A DNA stretch of 64,000 nucleotides from Candidatus Babeliales bacterium (GTDB lineage: Bacteria > Babelota > Babeliae > Babelales > Vermiphilaceae). The DNA is taken from NCBI GenBank assembly GCA_963743635.1, contig CAVUQO010000002.1, positions 512,001 to 576,000 of the forward strand. Reading direction: 5' to 3'. Shown piece by piece: positions 1-11,564 of this stretch; within the stretch, counting starts at the first letter, position 1, and every line of letters starts with the position of its first letter. Below the pieces are notes generated by a model. It worked only from the letters and a program-made list of their open reading frames with translations. It was not told where the DNA came from and searched no databases. The translations under genes and the position numbers were made by a program.

Positions 1-1
1 T

Positions 2-49
2 CGTATTGAGAAGTTTGAACGCAAATACAAAAACTTTAAAAAGTCCTAG
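2..49 (+). CDS. rpmE: 50S ribosomal protein L31, C-terminal end (partial)
   Basis: Frame from position 2 reads [15 protein letters not shown], the typical L31 C-terminus; directly upstream of prfA (conserved rpmE-prfA order). Confidence 0.8.
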   Translation, partial: RIEKFERKYKNFKKS

Positions 50-63
50 ATTTCGGGCGATTT

Positions 64-1143
64 ATGGATACCGCTACACTGTGGGAAACCATACAGCGTC
101 GTCACGATGAAATTGCGCATCAATTATCTGATGTCAGCATTGATCAGGATAAACGTCCCAAACTTCAGAAGAATTTTTCTATTTTGACTGACTTGCTTGC
201 AAAGCGACGTGAGATTTTGGATCTTGAACGCAAAGTTCAGGAAACGCACGCTGAAGCTGCTGCAAATGCAGATCATGAAATGAAGGAATTATTCGAGCAA
301 GAGGCCGTCGATTTAGCGGCTCGTGTTAAGCTCAAAGAGCGAGAACTTGATGAACTCATGTATCCGCCTGATGAGCATGACAATCGATCAGTGTTTCTTG
401 AAATTCGAGCTGGTGCGGGAGGAAAAGAGGCAGCGTTATTCGTGGCCGATTTACTCAAGATGTATACTAACTATGCACAGAGAAAACACTGGCGCGTAGA
501 GGTAGATAGCTCAAGTGATACTGATCTTGGTGGCTTTAAAGAAGTGGTTCTGCACATTGAAGGCAAAGATGCATACGGACATTTAAAACGTGAATCTGGC
601 GTGCATCGCGTGCAGCGAGTTCCCGCAACTGAAGCTGCAGGCCGTATTCATACCTCAACCGTAACGGTTGCAGTGCTGCCTGAAGCAAAAGAAGTTGACG
701 TTCAAATCAATCCTGCCGATCTTCGTATTGACGTTTACCGTTCCAGTGGTGCGGGTGGTCAACACGTAAACACTACCGACTCAGCAGTGCGCATAACTCA
801 CGTTCCTACGGGAGTAGTGGTCGCCTGCCAAGACGAACGTTCTCAACACAAAAATAAAGCGAAAGCTATGAAGATTTTGCAGTCCCGTATTTTGGCGGCT
901 CAAGTCGAAAAGCAGGCAGCTGAAATGAGTAAAGAACGTAAACAGCTTGTTGGTACTGGTATGCGTGCTGAAAAGGTACGCACTTATAATTATCCTCAAA
1001 ATCGGGTGAGTGATCATCAGGTTGAAGTTACTCTCAAAAGACTTGAACAAGTTATGGAGGGTGACCTTGAGGAAATTATTCAAGCACTTCGTGATCAAGA
1101 ACGTCAATCGCGTCGCTCTATAGTTGATTCGATTATTAAGTAG
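64..1143 (+). CDS. prfA: Peptide chain release factor 1
   Basis: GGQ motif ([18 protein letters not shown]), PAT specificity tripeptide (RVPATE), [10 protein letters not shown]. Confidence 0.97.
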   Translation: MDTATLWETIQRRHDEIAHQLSDVSIDQDKRPKLQKNFSILTDLLAKRREILDLERKVQETHAEAAANADHEMKELFEQEAVDLAARVKLKERELDELMYPPDEHDNRSVFLEIRAGAGGKEAALFVADLLKMYTNYAQRKHWRVEVDSSSDTDLGGFKEVVLHIEGKDAYGHLKRESGVHRVQRVPATEAAGRIHTSTVTVAVLPEAKEVDVQINPADLRIDVYRSSGAGGQHVNTTDSAVRITHVPTGVVVACQDERSQHKNKAKAMKILQSRILAAQVEKQAAEMSKERKQLVGTGMRAEKVRTYNYPQNRVSDHQVEVTLKRLEQVMEGDLEEIIQALRDQERQSRRSIVDSIIK

Positions 1144-1168
1144 TGCTTATTTTATATGATATAAAAAC

Positions 1169-1203
1169 AAAATGCGTCTTCTTAAAACAGGACGCATTTT
1201 TTT
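1169..1203 (+). terminator. Intrinsic terminator after prfA
   Basis: AAAATGCGTC...GACGCATTTT hairpin followed by T tract. Confidence 0.7.
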
Positions 1204-1495
1204 ATGTTCGTTTGATTGTAGAATCTTCTTGCGCCAAACTAGATAATTCTTCATCATAAAATTGCCATTCAAATATTCACTCCTTTGCGGTCGCTCAGGA
1301 CAATCGGAGCGTAGGCCCCAAGCATGAGTAAACCGTATAAATTTTACAACGCGCCCTCCTAAAAAAGGGCGCGTTTGTGTTATTTGTGTTGCCCATATTT
1401 TGGCCTCAGTGTAAGATACCGGTAGCGTGATATTATAAATCAGGTATCATTAACTGTTATTTAAAATATTATTCAATCGTGCGTAGGATCTTAGT

Positions 1496-3222
1496 ATGAC
1501 GAAATTTGTAGTGGTAGCTGGAGGAGTTATTTCTGGTGTTGGTAAGGGGGTAACAACTGCATCATTAGGAAAGATTCTCAAGGAACATGGCTATAAAACA
1601 ACACTGATCAAAATTGATCCCTACATCAATTATGATGCGGGCACCTTGCGTCCAACCGAGCATGGTGAAGTGTGGGTAACTGCTGATGGCGGTGAAATAG
1701 ATCAAGATTTGGGTACCTATGAACGATTCATAGATGAAGATATTCCCCGTCGCAACAATATTACTACCGGCCAAGTATATAAGGCTGTGATTGATCGCGA
1801 ACGTCGAGGCGAATATTTGGGGCAGACGGTTCAATTTATTCCGCACATTCCAGATGAAATTATTGCGCGCATTAAAGAAGCATCAGAAGGCTATGAGATT
1901 GCGATTATTGAAATTGGGGGAACGGTTGGGGATTATGAAAATACGCCATTCTTAGTGGCGTTAAAGACCCTTGAGCGGGATATTGGTTCAGATAATGTGG
2001 TCTACATGCTGGTCAGTTATTTGCCGAGTACCAAAACATATATATGAAATGAAAACAAAGCCGACGCAACAATCGATTCGATTACTCAATGAAGCGGGCA
2101 TTTTCCCTGATTTTATTTTGTGTCGCGCAGCAACAGTACTCGATGATGTACGTCGTAAAAAGATTGAAACGTATGCAAATATTTCTGCAGATCATGTGAT
2201 TTCAGCGCCTGATATTACGACCGTCTATCAAATTCCTCTCAATTTTGAACGCGAAGAGTTGGGCAAGAAAGTGTTAACGCACTTTGGCCTTGCGTCTCGC
2301 AAGCAGCCTGATTGGCAACGATGGAGCAATCTCGTTGATGCCATTTTAAAACCAAAAGAAAAACGACGCATTGCGATTGTTGGTAAATATTTTGCAACCG
2401 GCGATTATAGTCTTACCGACAGTTACGTGAGCATTTATCAAGCATTAGTGCATGCGGGTGCAGCGCTTGACGTAGGCGTTTCAATTACTTGGATCGATGC
2501 GCAGCAGCTTGAGAATAATCCAGAAAGCGTTGTACGCTTGAGCAATTTTGATGGGGTTATTATTCCTGGTGGCTTTGGAGAAACGGGCGTAGAAGGAAAA
2601 TTAAAAGCGATTCAATATGTGCGTGAACAGCGATATTCCCTATCTCGGATTGTGTTATGGATTACAGCTTGCAGTCGTTGAATATGCGCGCAATAAATGC
2701 GGCATGAAGCAAGCGCATACTACTGAAGTTGATGCGCATACGCCATATCCGGTGATTGACGTGCTGCCATTGCAAAAAGAACTGCTTGAGAAAAAGGCAT
2801 ATGGTGGAACCATGCGATTGGGCAACTATAATGCAGCATTGCGTGCCGACACGAAGGTGTACCAGCTCTATGACGAGGCGAAGTGGGTCGATGCGCAAGG
2901 GCGTGTTACTGAACGGCATCGCCATCGCTATGAAGTAAATCCGCAATACGTTGATCTCTTGGAAAAACAAGGTCTTTGTTTCTCCGGGTATCATCTGCGG
3001 GATGATGGCACGAAATTGATGGAATATCTCGAGCTTAAAAATCATCCATTCTTCGTGGCAACGCAGGCGCATCCTGAATTCAGAAGTCGATTGGGCAATC
3101 CTAATCCACTTTTTCTTGGATTCGTACGTGCATGCTTGAATCGCAAACAATCACATTTATTTGTTCCATCGACGATGTTGCAATCGTATGATGACTTTAC
3201 CCGAGAACATCCAGTCGTATAA
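1496..3222 (+). CDS. pyrG: CTP synthase (two apparent frameshifts near 2030 and 2630, probably sequence errors)
   Basis: [48 protein letters not shown] spread over three overlapping ORFs. Confidence 0.95.
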
Positions 3223-3237
3223 ATACAATAGTAAAAC

Positions 3238-3277
3238 AAAAAGGCGCACGGTATTTCAAAACACCGTGCGCCTTTTT
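3238..3277. terminator. Bidirectional terminator between pyrG and the NUDIX gene
   Basis: AAAAAGGCGCACGGT...ACCGTGCGCCTTTTT. Confidence 0.75.
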
Positions 3278-3291
3278 ATTTGATCAAAGTA

Positions 3292-3714
3292 TTATATCAA
3301 ATCTACATATCGTTTGAGCCATTCAGGTGTGTTGGATGCCGCGTGTATTTGTTCACGTGTCATCCAATAATATTCGGGCACTTCACGCGGAGATGGGACG
3401 ACATTGATGACGGTTTTATCGAGTTTACAGTAAAAAACTGAATGTATGACCTGTGTGCCATCTGCTATAGTAAAATAGCTGCTCGTAACATAGATGAGGG
3501 GATCCTCTAAGATCAAGCCAACTTCTTCAAAGATTTCTCTTTTTACTGCACTACGCAAAACATCGTAGTGATCTGTTTCTTGTTGCCCTTCAACAGTACC
3601 GCCGGGAAATGCTAAAAGTCCAGCGGCGTGTTTTCCTTCAGGTCTTTTGATAATCAATAACTTGCCTTCATGTTCGATGGCACATTCGGTCGTGACCATA
3701 TAGGCTTGGGTCAT
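3292..3714 (-). CDS. NUDIX hydrolase
   Basis: Nudix box FPGGTVE...AVKREIFEEVGL. Confidence 0.9.
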   Translation of the reverse strand: MTQAYMVTTECAIEHEGKLLIIKRPEGKHAAGLLAFPGGTVEGQQETDHYDVLRSAVKREIFEEVGLILEDPLIYVTSSYFTIADGTQVIHSVFYCKLDKTVINVVPSPREVPEYYWMTREQIHAASNTPEWLKRYVDLI

Positions 3715-3820
3715 TTTAGATTCCTATTATGTATTTGGTTTATGTGTAATTATGGTGTGTGTATAGCAAAAAAAGGGACTTCCGAAGAAGTCCCTTTTTA
3801 CAATTGTTATTGCGGGTGAT

Positions 3821-4396
3821 TTACTTAGCTTTAGCTGCTGCTGCTTTTACTGCTACTTCAATAAGCTTATCTGTATCCCAGGTTTCTCCGAACTTTTTCC
3901 ACGTTTCGTAATTAGTATTCCAAAGTACATATGTTGCAGCAAAGGCGCCTAAGCATCCAAATGTTTGGGTGAGAGGTTTCGCCATTTGTGAGCACCAACC
4001 GCCAAGACCGCGTGCTTCAACTTTTTCTTTGTAAACTACCAGTTCTAAACCAGAACCATCATCTCTTGCTCCAACACCGATTGAACCTTTTTTCTCACCG
4101 TGGCCGATAACGCCATCATCATAAATGTTTATGAAATTTGAACAGATGTATGAAATGTCTAAATTTTTAATTTTTTCGATATCGTAACGATTTGGTTTGT
4201 TGTCAGGATTACGAGAGAAGAATCGGAATAATGATGCAAATAATGCAGCAGCGGCAGTGCCTTTTAGTGCGGGTACTACGTGCGATGTGATAACTGATGC
4301 ACCGGCATTAGATGCCGCCATAGCGCGTGCAGGCATTGCGGGAACAAGCAAGCATGATGCAATGATAAGACCTTTTAATGATGTTGACGTTTTCAT
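3821..4396 (-). CDS. Hypothetical secreted/membrane protein
   Basis: 191-aa ORF with signal peptide ending PARAM, hydrophobic segments, terminator at 3768-3799. Confidence 0.7.
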   Translation of the reverse strand: MKTSTSLKGLIIASCLLVPAMPARAMAASNAGASVITSHVVPALKGTAAAALFASLFRFFSRNPDNKPNRYDIEKIKNLDISYICSNFINIYDDGVIGHGEKKGSIGVGARDDGSGLELVVYKEKVEARGLGGWCSQMAKPLTQTFGCLGAFAATYVLWNTNYETWKKFGETWDTDKLIEVAVKAAAAKAK

Positions 4397-4674
4397 TCCA
4401 ATCTCCTGGAAAAGAAAGAGTGTGTAATATAATTCATAGTTAATTGCTCAGCATTTTTTTACTGATTTTTGTGAACAGAATATTCATTTTTCAGTATATA
4501 TTTTTTGCGATAATACACTAATAAATAACATTAAAGTTATACCGGCAATTCTTTTTTATGTCAAACATAAAGCATCGGGTAATGCGTGATTGTTCAGGTT
4601 TGCTCGTTGCCTTGCGCGTAAAAAAAAGCGGCGTTTTTTAGACGCCGCTTGCTTATCATTTTAAAGTGTAGTTT

Positions 4675-5889
4675 TTACATGCCAATAAAAGGATTGTGAT
4701 AATATAAGTAGCATATCAAGGTAGCGACGAACGTTACAAATACGGGCGCTTTTACTGGTTTAAAATTGAATAATTTATAGGCAATATTGCAAAAGGTGAG
4801 CGCAATAAGTACGGGATAGCCGATGTAGCAAATAGGTCCACTAGTTAAGGTTAATACACTTTTAAGCCCTGCGGTTGAAAGTGGCACGCATGAAACCAAG
4901 GCGATGATCAATGCTGGAATGTATCCGATGGTATTTTTGCATAATTCATACTGGATGTATTCGGCGATGACGGCAGCGAGCGCGATTGCGGTTGAAAGGC
5001 ATGCCATCAAAACTGCGGTTGCAATAATGAGAGCGCCTTTATCGCCAAGAACTCTGAATGATACAATGCTAAAAAGTTCACCGCTATTGATATTGATAAT
5101 GCCTTGGCCATAATACACGCCAAGGAAACTCATACCAACATATACAATCGCAAGAAGTCCTACACCGAGCATGCCGGCTTTTAAACTCATGACGGCAAGT
5201 CCACGTTGATCATTTGCAGCCTCTTTGCCGGCAGTTTTGCGTAAAATAGTCAGTATGATTGATGAGAAGAAAATCGCGCCCAATAAATCGAGCGTTTCAT
5301 ACCCGATAGTAAGGCTATTGAATATAATATCGCTGATTGGGGTGGAATTAGAAATAGCTACGGTCGTATTCCAATAATATCCAGCACCAATAATGATGGC
5401 GAGGGCGCCAAGCAAGAGTGGGCTGATGATGTTGCCAAGTACGTCAACAATATTGTTTTCGCGGAAGGTAAGTAAAAAGGTAATGCCAAGAAAAATGAGG
5501 CAAAACACAAATGATGATGCAAGTGTGATGTCGTGCAAAAAGGGAATTGGTATGAATGGCGCGATCATGGTGTGCGAGAGGGTAACAATACGCGGTATCG
5601 CAATTAATGGCCCAATGATAAGCATAGAGATGCAAATCATGATAGAGCCAGCGCTTGAGCCAAGTCTATTGAAGAAGGATTTGTAATCGCCATTAAAAAG
5701 AATCATAGCAAAAAGGCCGAACACAGGAAGGCACGCTGCGGTAGTGAGGAATCCAAGAAGGCCCCATATTACCTGATTACCACTTTCCATGCCGATTTTG
5801 AGTGGGTACATTAAGTTTCCAGCACCAAAAAACATTGAAAAGATCGCAAGACCCGTGGTTACAATGTGTGATTGTAAGAATTTTTTCAT
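4675..5889 (-). CDS. brnQ: Branched-chain amino acid transporter BrnQ (LIVCS family)
   Basis: FSMFFGAGNLMYP, AIPR, GYETLDLLGAIFF, ACLSTAIAL motifs; about 12 TM segments. Confidence 0.93.
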   Translation of the reverse strand: MKKFLQSHIVTTGLAIFSMFFGAGNLMYPLKIGMESGNQVIWGLLGFLTTAACLPVFGLFAMILFNGDYKSFFNRLGSSAGSIMICISMLIIGPLIAIPRIVTLSHTMIAPFIPIPFLHDITLASSFVFCLIFLGITFLLTFRENNIVDVLGNIISPLLLGALAIIIGAGYYWNTTVAISNSTPISDIIFNSLTIGYETLDLLGAIFFSSIILTILRKTAGKEAANDQRGLAVMSLKAGMLGVGLLAIVYVGMSFLGVYYGQGIININSGELFSIVSFRVLGDKGALIIATAVLMACLSTAIALAAVIAEYIQYELCKNTIGYIPALIIALVSCVPLSTAGLKSVLTLTSGPICYIGYPVLIALTFCNIAYKLFNFKPVKAPVFVTFVATLICYLYYHNPFIGM

Positions 5890-6255
5890 GAATAGTCCTT
5901 AAAAAAAGAGAACAATAGGTTTCGTTATGGTTTGTTTTTTAACTAATTATTATGCGCGAGACTGCGCCCATAATGGAGAGGCGGGCGGCAAGAGATAGTT
6001 GGACGATATTATATCTACAAAATACATTATTTTTATGCATACAATTGGGACTCAAGGCATTATAATTATACCTCATTGAGTATTCCTTTATGGGTAGTTA
6101 AACAGTTAGATATATACTAAAGTATTGTCCATACTGTGTTTCAGTATAGGCATTTTGGCATTATTTAGCAACTCGGGGCCTGGTTGGATAAACTCTTGCT
6201 GCGTGAAATATGGATTTGTATGCTGGGTAACCAGTTCAATTTTAATAGGTATGAT

Positions 6256-8670
6256 ATGAAATATATTCGTTTTTTTGATGAGTTGCGCTTGAAAGATGTC
6301 CCTTCAGTGGGAGGAAAAAATGCCTCTTTAGGTCAAATGATTGCCGATTTGGGATCGCAAGGGATTGATATACCTTTTGGCTTTGCGATTACCACAGAGG
6401 GGTATTGGCATTACTTAAATGAAAATAAGCTCGTTGAGCCGATCAAAAAAGTTATGGCTGAGCTGACTGATTATCATCAGGTAGCGGTCTTGCAGCGGGT
6501 GGGGTCAACGATACGCGATCTCATTGTCCGCGGTACCATGCCGGATGATTTAAGGCAGGAGATTACTACGGCCTATGATCAGCTAGCAAAAAAATATCAC
6601 CTGGATCAGAAGACATTGGACGTTGCCGTTCGTTCTTCAGCCACCGCCGAAGATTTACCAACCGCATCATTTGCAGGACAGCAAGATACCTATTTAAACG
6701 TTCGTGGCCATGAAGAGCTCATTGAGGCGTGCAAAAAATGTATTGCCTCACTATTTACCGATCGCGCAATTGCGTATCGCATTGAGCAAAAATTTGATCA
6801 TTTCAAGGTGGCTCTTTCAATTGGGATCCAAAAAATGATCCGCTCAGATTTAGCAAGCTCAGGGGTTGCATTCTCACTTGATACTGAATCTGGTTTTAAA
6901 GACGTTGTCATGATCGATTCTTCCTATGGCCTTGGCGAAAGTATCGTGAAGGGGCTGGTGATTCCCGATGAGTTCGTGGTGCATACGCCGACTTTACTGA
7001 AAGGCTATCGATCGATCATCAGAAAAAATTTGGGCGAAAAAAGTACCAAAATGATCTATGCAGATCATGGAGAAATCAAAGCAGTGCCAGTTTCGGCAGA
7101 TCAATCGGGCAAATTTTCATTAACTGATGATGAGATTTTAATCCTTGCGCGTGCCGTTACGGTTATCGCAGATGCATTATGCAACCCTCAAAGGATCATG
7201 GTGCCCCATGGACGTTGAGTGGGCTAAAGATGGCAATGATAACAAAATATATATTGTTCAGGCGCGTCCTGAAACGGTTCATGCAACTGAAGATAATGAA
7301 AATAGTATTACCGAATATATAATCGCCGATGAAGCGCGTAAAAAGTTGGCAGACAGTACATTATTACGGGGCAAAGCATTGGCAATCAGATTGTGACTGG
7401 TACGGTGCGCATAATTCAAGATGCTCATGACATTAATCAGATGCAAAAGGGTGACATTTTAGTGACCGATATGACCGATCCGGATTGGGTGCCCATTATG
7501 AAGCGTGCTGCGGGCATTATCACTAATCGCGGTGGAAGGACTTGCCATGCGGCGATTGTGAGCCGTGAGTTGCGCGTTCCGGCGGTTATTGGTACCGGTA
7601 ATGCAACGACGAACTTTTAAAATCAGGAATGGTCGTAACAATCGATTGTAGTCGTGGTGGTACAGGCTACATTTACAGTGGTGATGTGCCATTCGAGAAA
7701 AAAGTAATCAAGCTCAATACATTGCCCCATATTCCCGTTAAGCTAATGGTGAACATGGCTGATCCTGAAACCGCATTTCATGCATCAAAAATTGCCCGTT
7801 GATGGCGTTGGTCTTGCCCGCATGGAATTCATTATTAGGCAATGAGATCAAAATTCATCCTATGGCATTATTGCATCAAGAGCGAGTGACTGATGATGCA
7901 GTGCGTGCGCAAATTGCGCATATCACGCGTGCTTATGAAGACAAAAAGTCATTTTTTGTGGATCAATTAGCATATGGTATTGGCACGATTGTGGCTGCCT
8001 TTTATCCGCGTCCTGTATTAGTGCGTACCTCTGATTTTAAAACGAACGAATATCGTAATTTGATTGGTGGCACTTATTTTGAGCCGATAGAAGAAAATCC
8101 GATGATCGGATTCCGTGGCGCATCACGTTATTATAACGAACGTTATAAAGAGGCATTTGCACTTGAATGTGCAGCACTTAAAAAAGTGTACTATGAAATG
8201 GGGCTTTCAAACTGCAGATCATGCTGCCATTTGTCCGTACCGTTGATGAAGCGCAAAAAGTGTGTGCCGAAATGGCGCAGCATGGGTCTTGAGCGGGGCA
8301 AAGATGAGCTGAAAATGGTAATGATGTGCGAGATTCCGTCAAACGTATATGCTCATTGAAGAGTTTAGTCAGTATTTTGATGGCTTTTCAATTGGGTCAA
8401 ATGATTTAACGCAATTAACACTCGGCGTTGATCGTGATTCAGCATTATTGAGTGCAATGTTTGATGAGCGTGATCCTGCAGTTAAAAAGATGATGGCATT
8501 GGCGATTGAAGGAGCTCGTCGTAATAATCGTACGATCGGTATTTGCGGTCAAGCTCCCTCTGATTATCCTGAGATTGCGCAGTTTGTAATACAAATGCGG
8601 CATCAATTCAATATCGTTAAATACTGATTCAGTGATTATCATTTTTGATGCGTTTTGCTCAGAAGCAACA
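6256..8670 (+). CDS. ppsA: Phosphoenolpyruvate synthase (multiple apparent frameshifts; end approximate)
   Basis: [44 protein letters not shown] (phospho-His), [27 protein letters not shown]. Confidence 0.95.
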
Positions 8671-8699
8671 ATGATCCTAGTAAAACAATGATAGTGCGT

Positions 8700-9383
8700 C
8701 TATGGAGCGATCAATTCTAAATGATTGCAGATATACGAGATGAATTTCTTCAAGGCAGGGCTTTGCAGGGATGCATTGCCCGGGTCTGTGTAATACAAGG
8801 TTATTTCCGCATTCTGATTTATTACAAAAAAGAGCACCCAATGGCCACCGGTATTACAAAGAAAGTGTATCGGAGATTGTAGCTGATTATTCTTTAATAA
8901 TAGCGCGAGTGTTTTAAGCGAATGTTCTTTAGCTAAAAGTGCATCAAAATCAGATTCCTGAGCTACACTTTGAGGTATTATTTGGGCGATGGCTGACCGA
9001 CGAGTGGATCCAAGGACAAATAAATTATCGAGCATAAGATGGTGAGATTGTAGAAAATATTCAATGTTCTGGGAAGATAACTGAGCTCCTTTTGCGCAGA
9101 AGCGCATTGTTTCTAGGTAGTTGAGCGCGAGAAGCTCTTGGTGTAAGTTTTCAGTATTTAAGGATAGATATTTTTTTGAAAGATTGGTGAGTGCAGCAGC
9201 CACATACAGACTGCGATGTCCGCACGTTGTACCGTCAGTTTGTCGATCTTTATGCGCAAGATTGAGTTGCTGTATCCTGATTGGAGATTTGATTGCATGG
9301 CTTTGCAAAGAAAGCAGCGCAATCATACTGAATGAAATACGCATTTTTAAGTGCGTAGTGTAATTTTTATAACATCTATCCAT
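8700..9383 (-). CDS. Putative secreted papain-fold cysteine peptidase (Josephin/CE-like deubiquitinase candidate)
   Basis: Q-x5-CG (QTDGTTCG), FLCNTGGHWVLF, YYTDP; paralog of the adjacent ORF. Confidence 0.6.
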   Translation of the reverse strand: MDRCYKNYTTHLKMRISFSMIALLSLQSHAIKSPIRIQQLNLAHKDRQTDGTTCGHRSLYVAAALTNLSKKYLSLNTENLHQELLALNYLETMRFCAKGAQLSSQNIEYFLQSHHLMLDNLFVLGSTRRSAIAQIIPQSVAQESDFDALLAKEHSLKTLALLLKNNQLQSPIHFLCNTGGHWVLFFVINQNAEITLYYTDPGNASLQSPALKKFISYICNHLELIAP

Positions 9384-9506
9384 TGTATACCCTCAGATTT
9401 GGCAAGATTAATGAGATCTTCGATATCAGCTCGAAGCTAACATTTTTTGATCTGAGGTGTCATGCATAATCGAGTCAAAGAGTAGATCGATTGAGGGGTG
9501 GGGATT

Positions 9507-10553
9507 TTATTTTTGAAGTCCTAAATACTTTTTGATGTATTCAACATAGTCATCAAAATGTCTTATGGTTACATCTTTATTTAATGAGTCAATGTACCAA
9601 AGAATTGGAGTACGTTTATTATTGATCACCGAAAATAATACCCAGTGACTGCCAGTACTGCATATAAAATGTATGCTCGGTATTATCGGTTCATTGGTGT
9701 CAGGATCAGTATTTCTTAAAAGGGTTTGTAACACAACTAATCGAGACGGTACATCACTAAGATTTAAGATGTCAGTATCTTTCTCACTAAGCGGCAAAGG
9801 TATAATGTCGGACCCAGATGCTGTAAGAGCTTGTCTACCGAGAACAAAAAAGCGGTTAAAATCGATTTGTTTTTTAATATGATGCTCAATGAAATCTCTA
9901 AATTCAGTTGACGCTAATTCATAATTTTGCACACATTCTGCGATATTTTTGTCATAACGTATCGCAGGACTAACCAGAGCATTATGCAACGTTATAGGAT
10001 TTATGACGTACGATGGTTTTGCAACAATATTGTCTAGTGCCGCTGCAAAAAGAATGGCGCGAGGTCCACACGTGAGTCCCGTTACTTGTTTATCGGTATC
10101 CTCGACTGCAAGTTGATGTACGGTGATACCTGCGATATTTTTTTCATATACGCCAGGTTTTAAATCTTTTGCTTCACTGAGCGCGAGTGCTTTTTGCAAC
10201 TCTTTATCTTCTTTTGGTTGTTGTGTAGGTCTGCTACTACTGGCAGTAGTTGGAGGCAACAAGCGCGGCATTGGTTTTTTTCCGGGCTGAATAATAGGTT
10301 TCCTATTTTTTTGCTGTTCAGCCGCTAAGCTACGAGCAAGGGCTGCATCTTTTTCTAATTGTTGTGCTTGTTGTTCTGCCTCAGTGAGAGTCTGTGCTAT
10401 TGCTGCATCAGTAGCTGCTTGCTCCTCTTCTCGTTTTTCTTGTTCTTCCAGTTTCTTAAATTTTTCCAGTTGTTTTTCACTCATTGCCAGCATTGATTGG
10501 CTGCAAAAAGTGAATAAAAAGGCAAAAAAGGCTAAATTTTTCATTATTTTCAT
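9507..10553 (-). CDS. Putative secreted cysteine peptidase with UIM/MIU-like motifs (deubiquitinase candidate)
   Basis: Signal peptide ending MLAM; DAALARSLAAE and EDKELQKALALSE motifs; QVTGLTCG...FICSTGSHWVLF...WYIDSLN. Confidence 0.65.
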   Translation of the reverse strand: MKIMKNLAFFAFLFTFCSQSMLAMSEKQLEKFKKLEEQEKREEEQAATDAAIAQTLTEAEQQAQQLEKDAALARSLAAEQQKNRKPIIQPGKKPMPRLLPPTTASSSRPTQQPKEDKELQKALALSEAKDLKPGVYEKNIAGITVHQLAVEDTDKQVTGLTCGPRAILFAAALDNIVAKPSYVINPITLHNALVSPAIRYDKNIAECVQNYELASTEFRDFIEHHIKKQIDFNRFFVLGRQALTASGSDIIPLPLSEKDTDILNLSDVPSRLVVLQTLLRNTDPDTNEPIIPSIHFICSTGSHWVLFSVINNKRTPILWYIDSLNKDVTIRHFDDYVEYIKKYLGLQK

Positions 10554-10798
10554 AGGTATACCTCGATTTTATAGCTGGGAGATATCCCAGGTATAAACAG
10601 CATACCAATATTTCAATTATAAATCAAAGACTCGGTTGATTTATGGTTAATATAGAGAGTTCTACGCTGTTTTTATAGCTTATTTTTAAAAATTAAGCCT
10701 GATTTGATGCTATAATAGAAAATATTGTTGAAAAGCAGTAAAGGTATTTGTTAGTATGATTGGGAGTAATGTATCAAGGTTTATAAAAAGGAGTTTAT

Positions 10799-11485
10799 AT
10801 GAAAAGAATAATGGCAGGACTTTTTCCCGCAATATGCATGGGAGTTGCCTGGATTTGTATTGAATCGGACAGGTTCGAATCCCAAAAAAATAGCTTGAAT
10901 GCTGAGATGAATCAGTTGATAGAAGCTGAAGCTCAGGTTAAAAATTCAGAAACTAAGCCAGCAGAAGTAACTGAGACAAAAACTGAATCAACTCCGGTAG
11001 AAGAGCCGACCGCTGTCCCTACGGCGGTCCCAGCTCCACCTGCCGTTCCGCCCGCACCAAGTGAAGTAAAGCCGGCAGCGCAAGAGCCAAAAGCAGAAGA
11101 AAAAACGGCTCAAGAAGAAGCAATGCCCGCGCCTACGCAAGAAGCACCGGCTGGTGAATCTGACGAGGTAATGGATAAAATTGCCCATGAGATTGGCGAT
11201 TTAGTAGCGAAACAAGTATCAGATAAGATTAGTGCCATGATTCAAAAGCTTGCCCAAGAGCATTTGCATGAGTTTATTAAACAAGAAGTGGAAATGGTAA
11301 TCAAATCATTGTCTGAAGGTACGATGGGCGCTGAAGCTAAAGCAGAAGAGCCAAAAGCTGAAGAAGCTAAGCCAGCTGAGGCAACTGAAGTAAAGCCGGA
11401 AGAAACGAAAACAGAAGAAGCTCAGCCTGAAGAGGCAAAGACTGATGAAGCAGTAAAAGCTACGTCAGCAGTAGGCCAGCTGTAA
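10799..11485 (+). CDS. Hypothetical Pro/Glu/Ala-rich exported protein
   Basis: AAGGAG RBS, N-terminal hydrophobic segment, low-complexity EEPK/AEE repeats, terminator at 11508-11539. Confidence 0.75.
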   Translation: MKRIMAGLFPAICMGVAWICIESDRFESQKNSLNAEMNQLIEAEAQVKNSETKPAEVTETKTESTPVEEPTAVPTAVPAPPAVPPAPSEVKPAAQEPKAEEKTAQEEAMPAPTQEAPAGESDEVMDKIAHEIGDLVAKQVSDKISAMIQKLAQEHLHEFIKQEVEMVIKSLSEGTMGAEAKAEEPKAEEAKPAEATEVKPEETKTEEAQPEEAKTDEAVKATSAVGQL

Positions 11486-11564
11486 GATTTGTATCACGTA
11501 AGATCATAAAAAAGAGGGTGTTTTAGGACACCCTCTTTTAGTTATTACATATTAATTGAATATA

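Noticed and set aside
1496..8670. Programmed frameshifting or pseudogenisation of pyrG and ppsA
   Set aside because: No consistent slippery sites, catalytic motifs are intact, and the same indel pattern affects many unrelated genes
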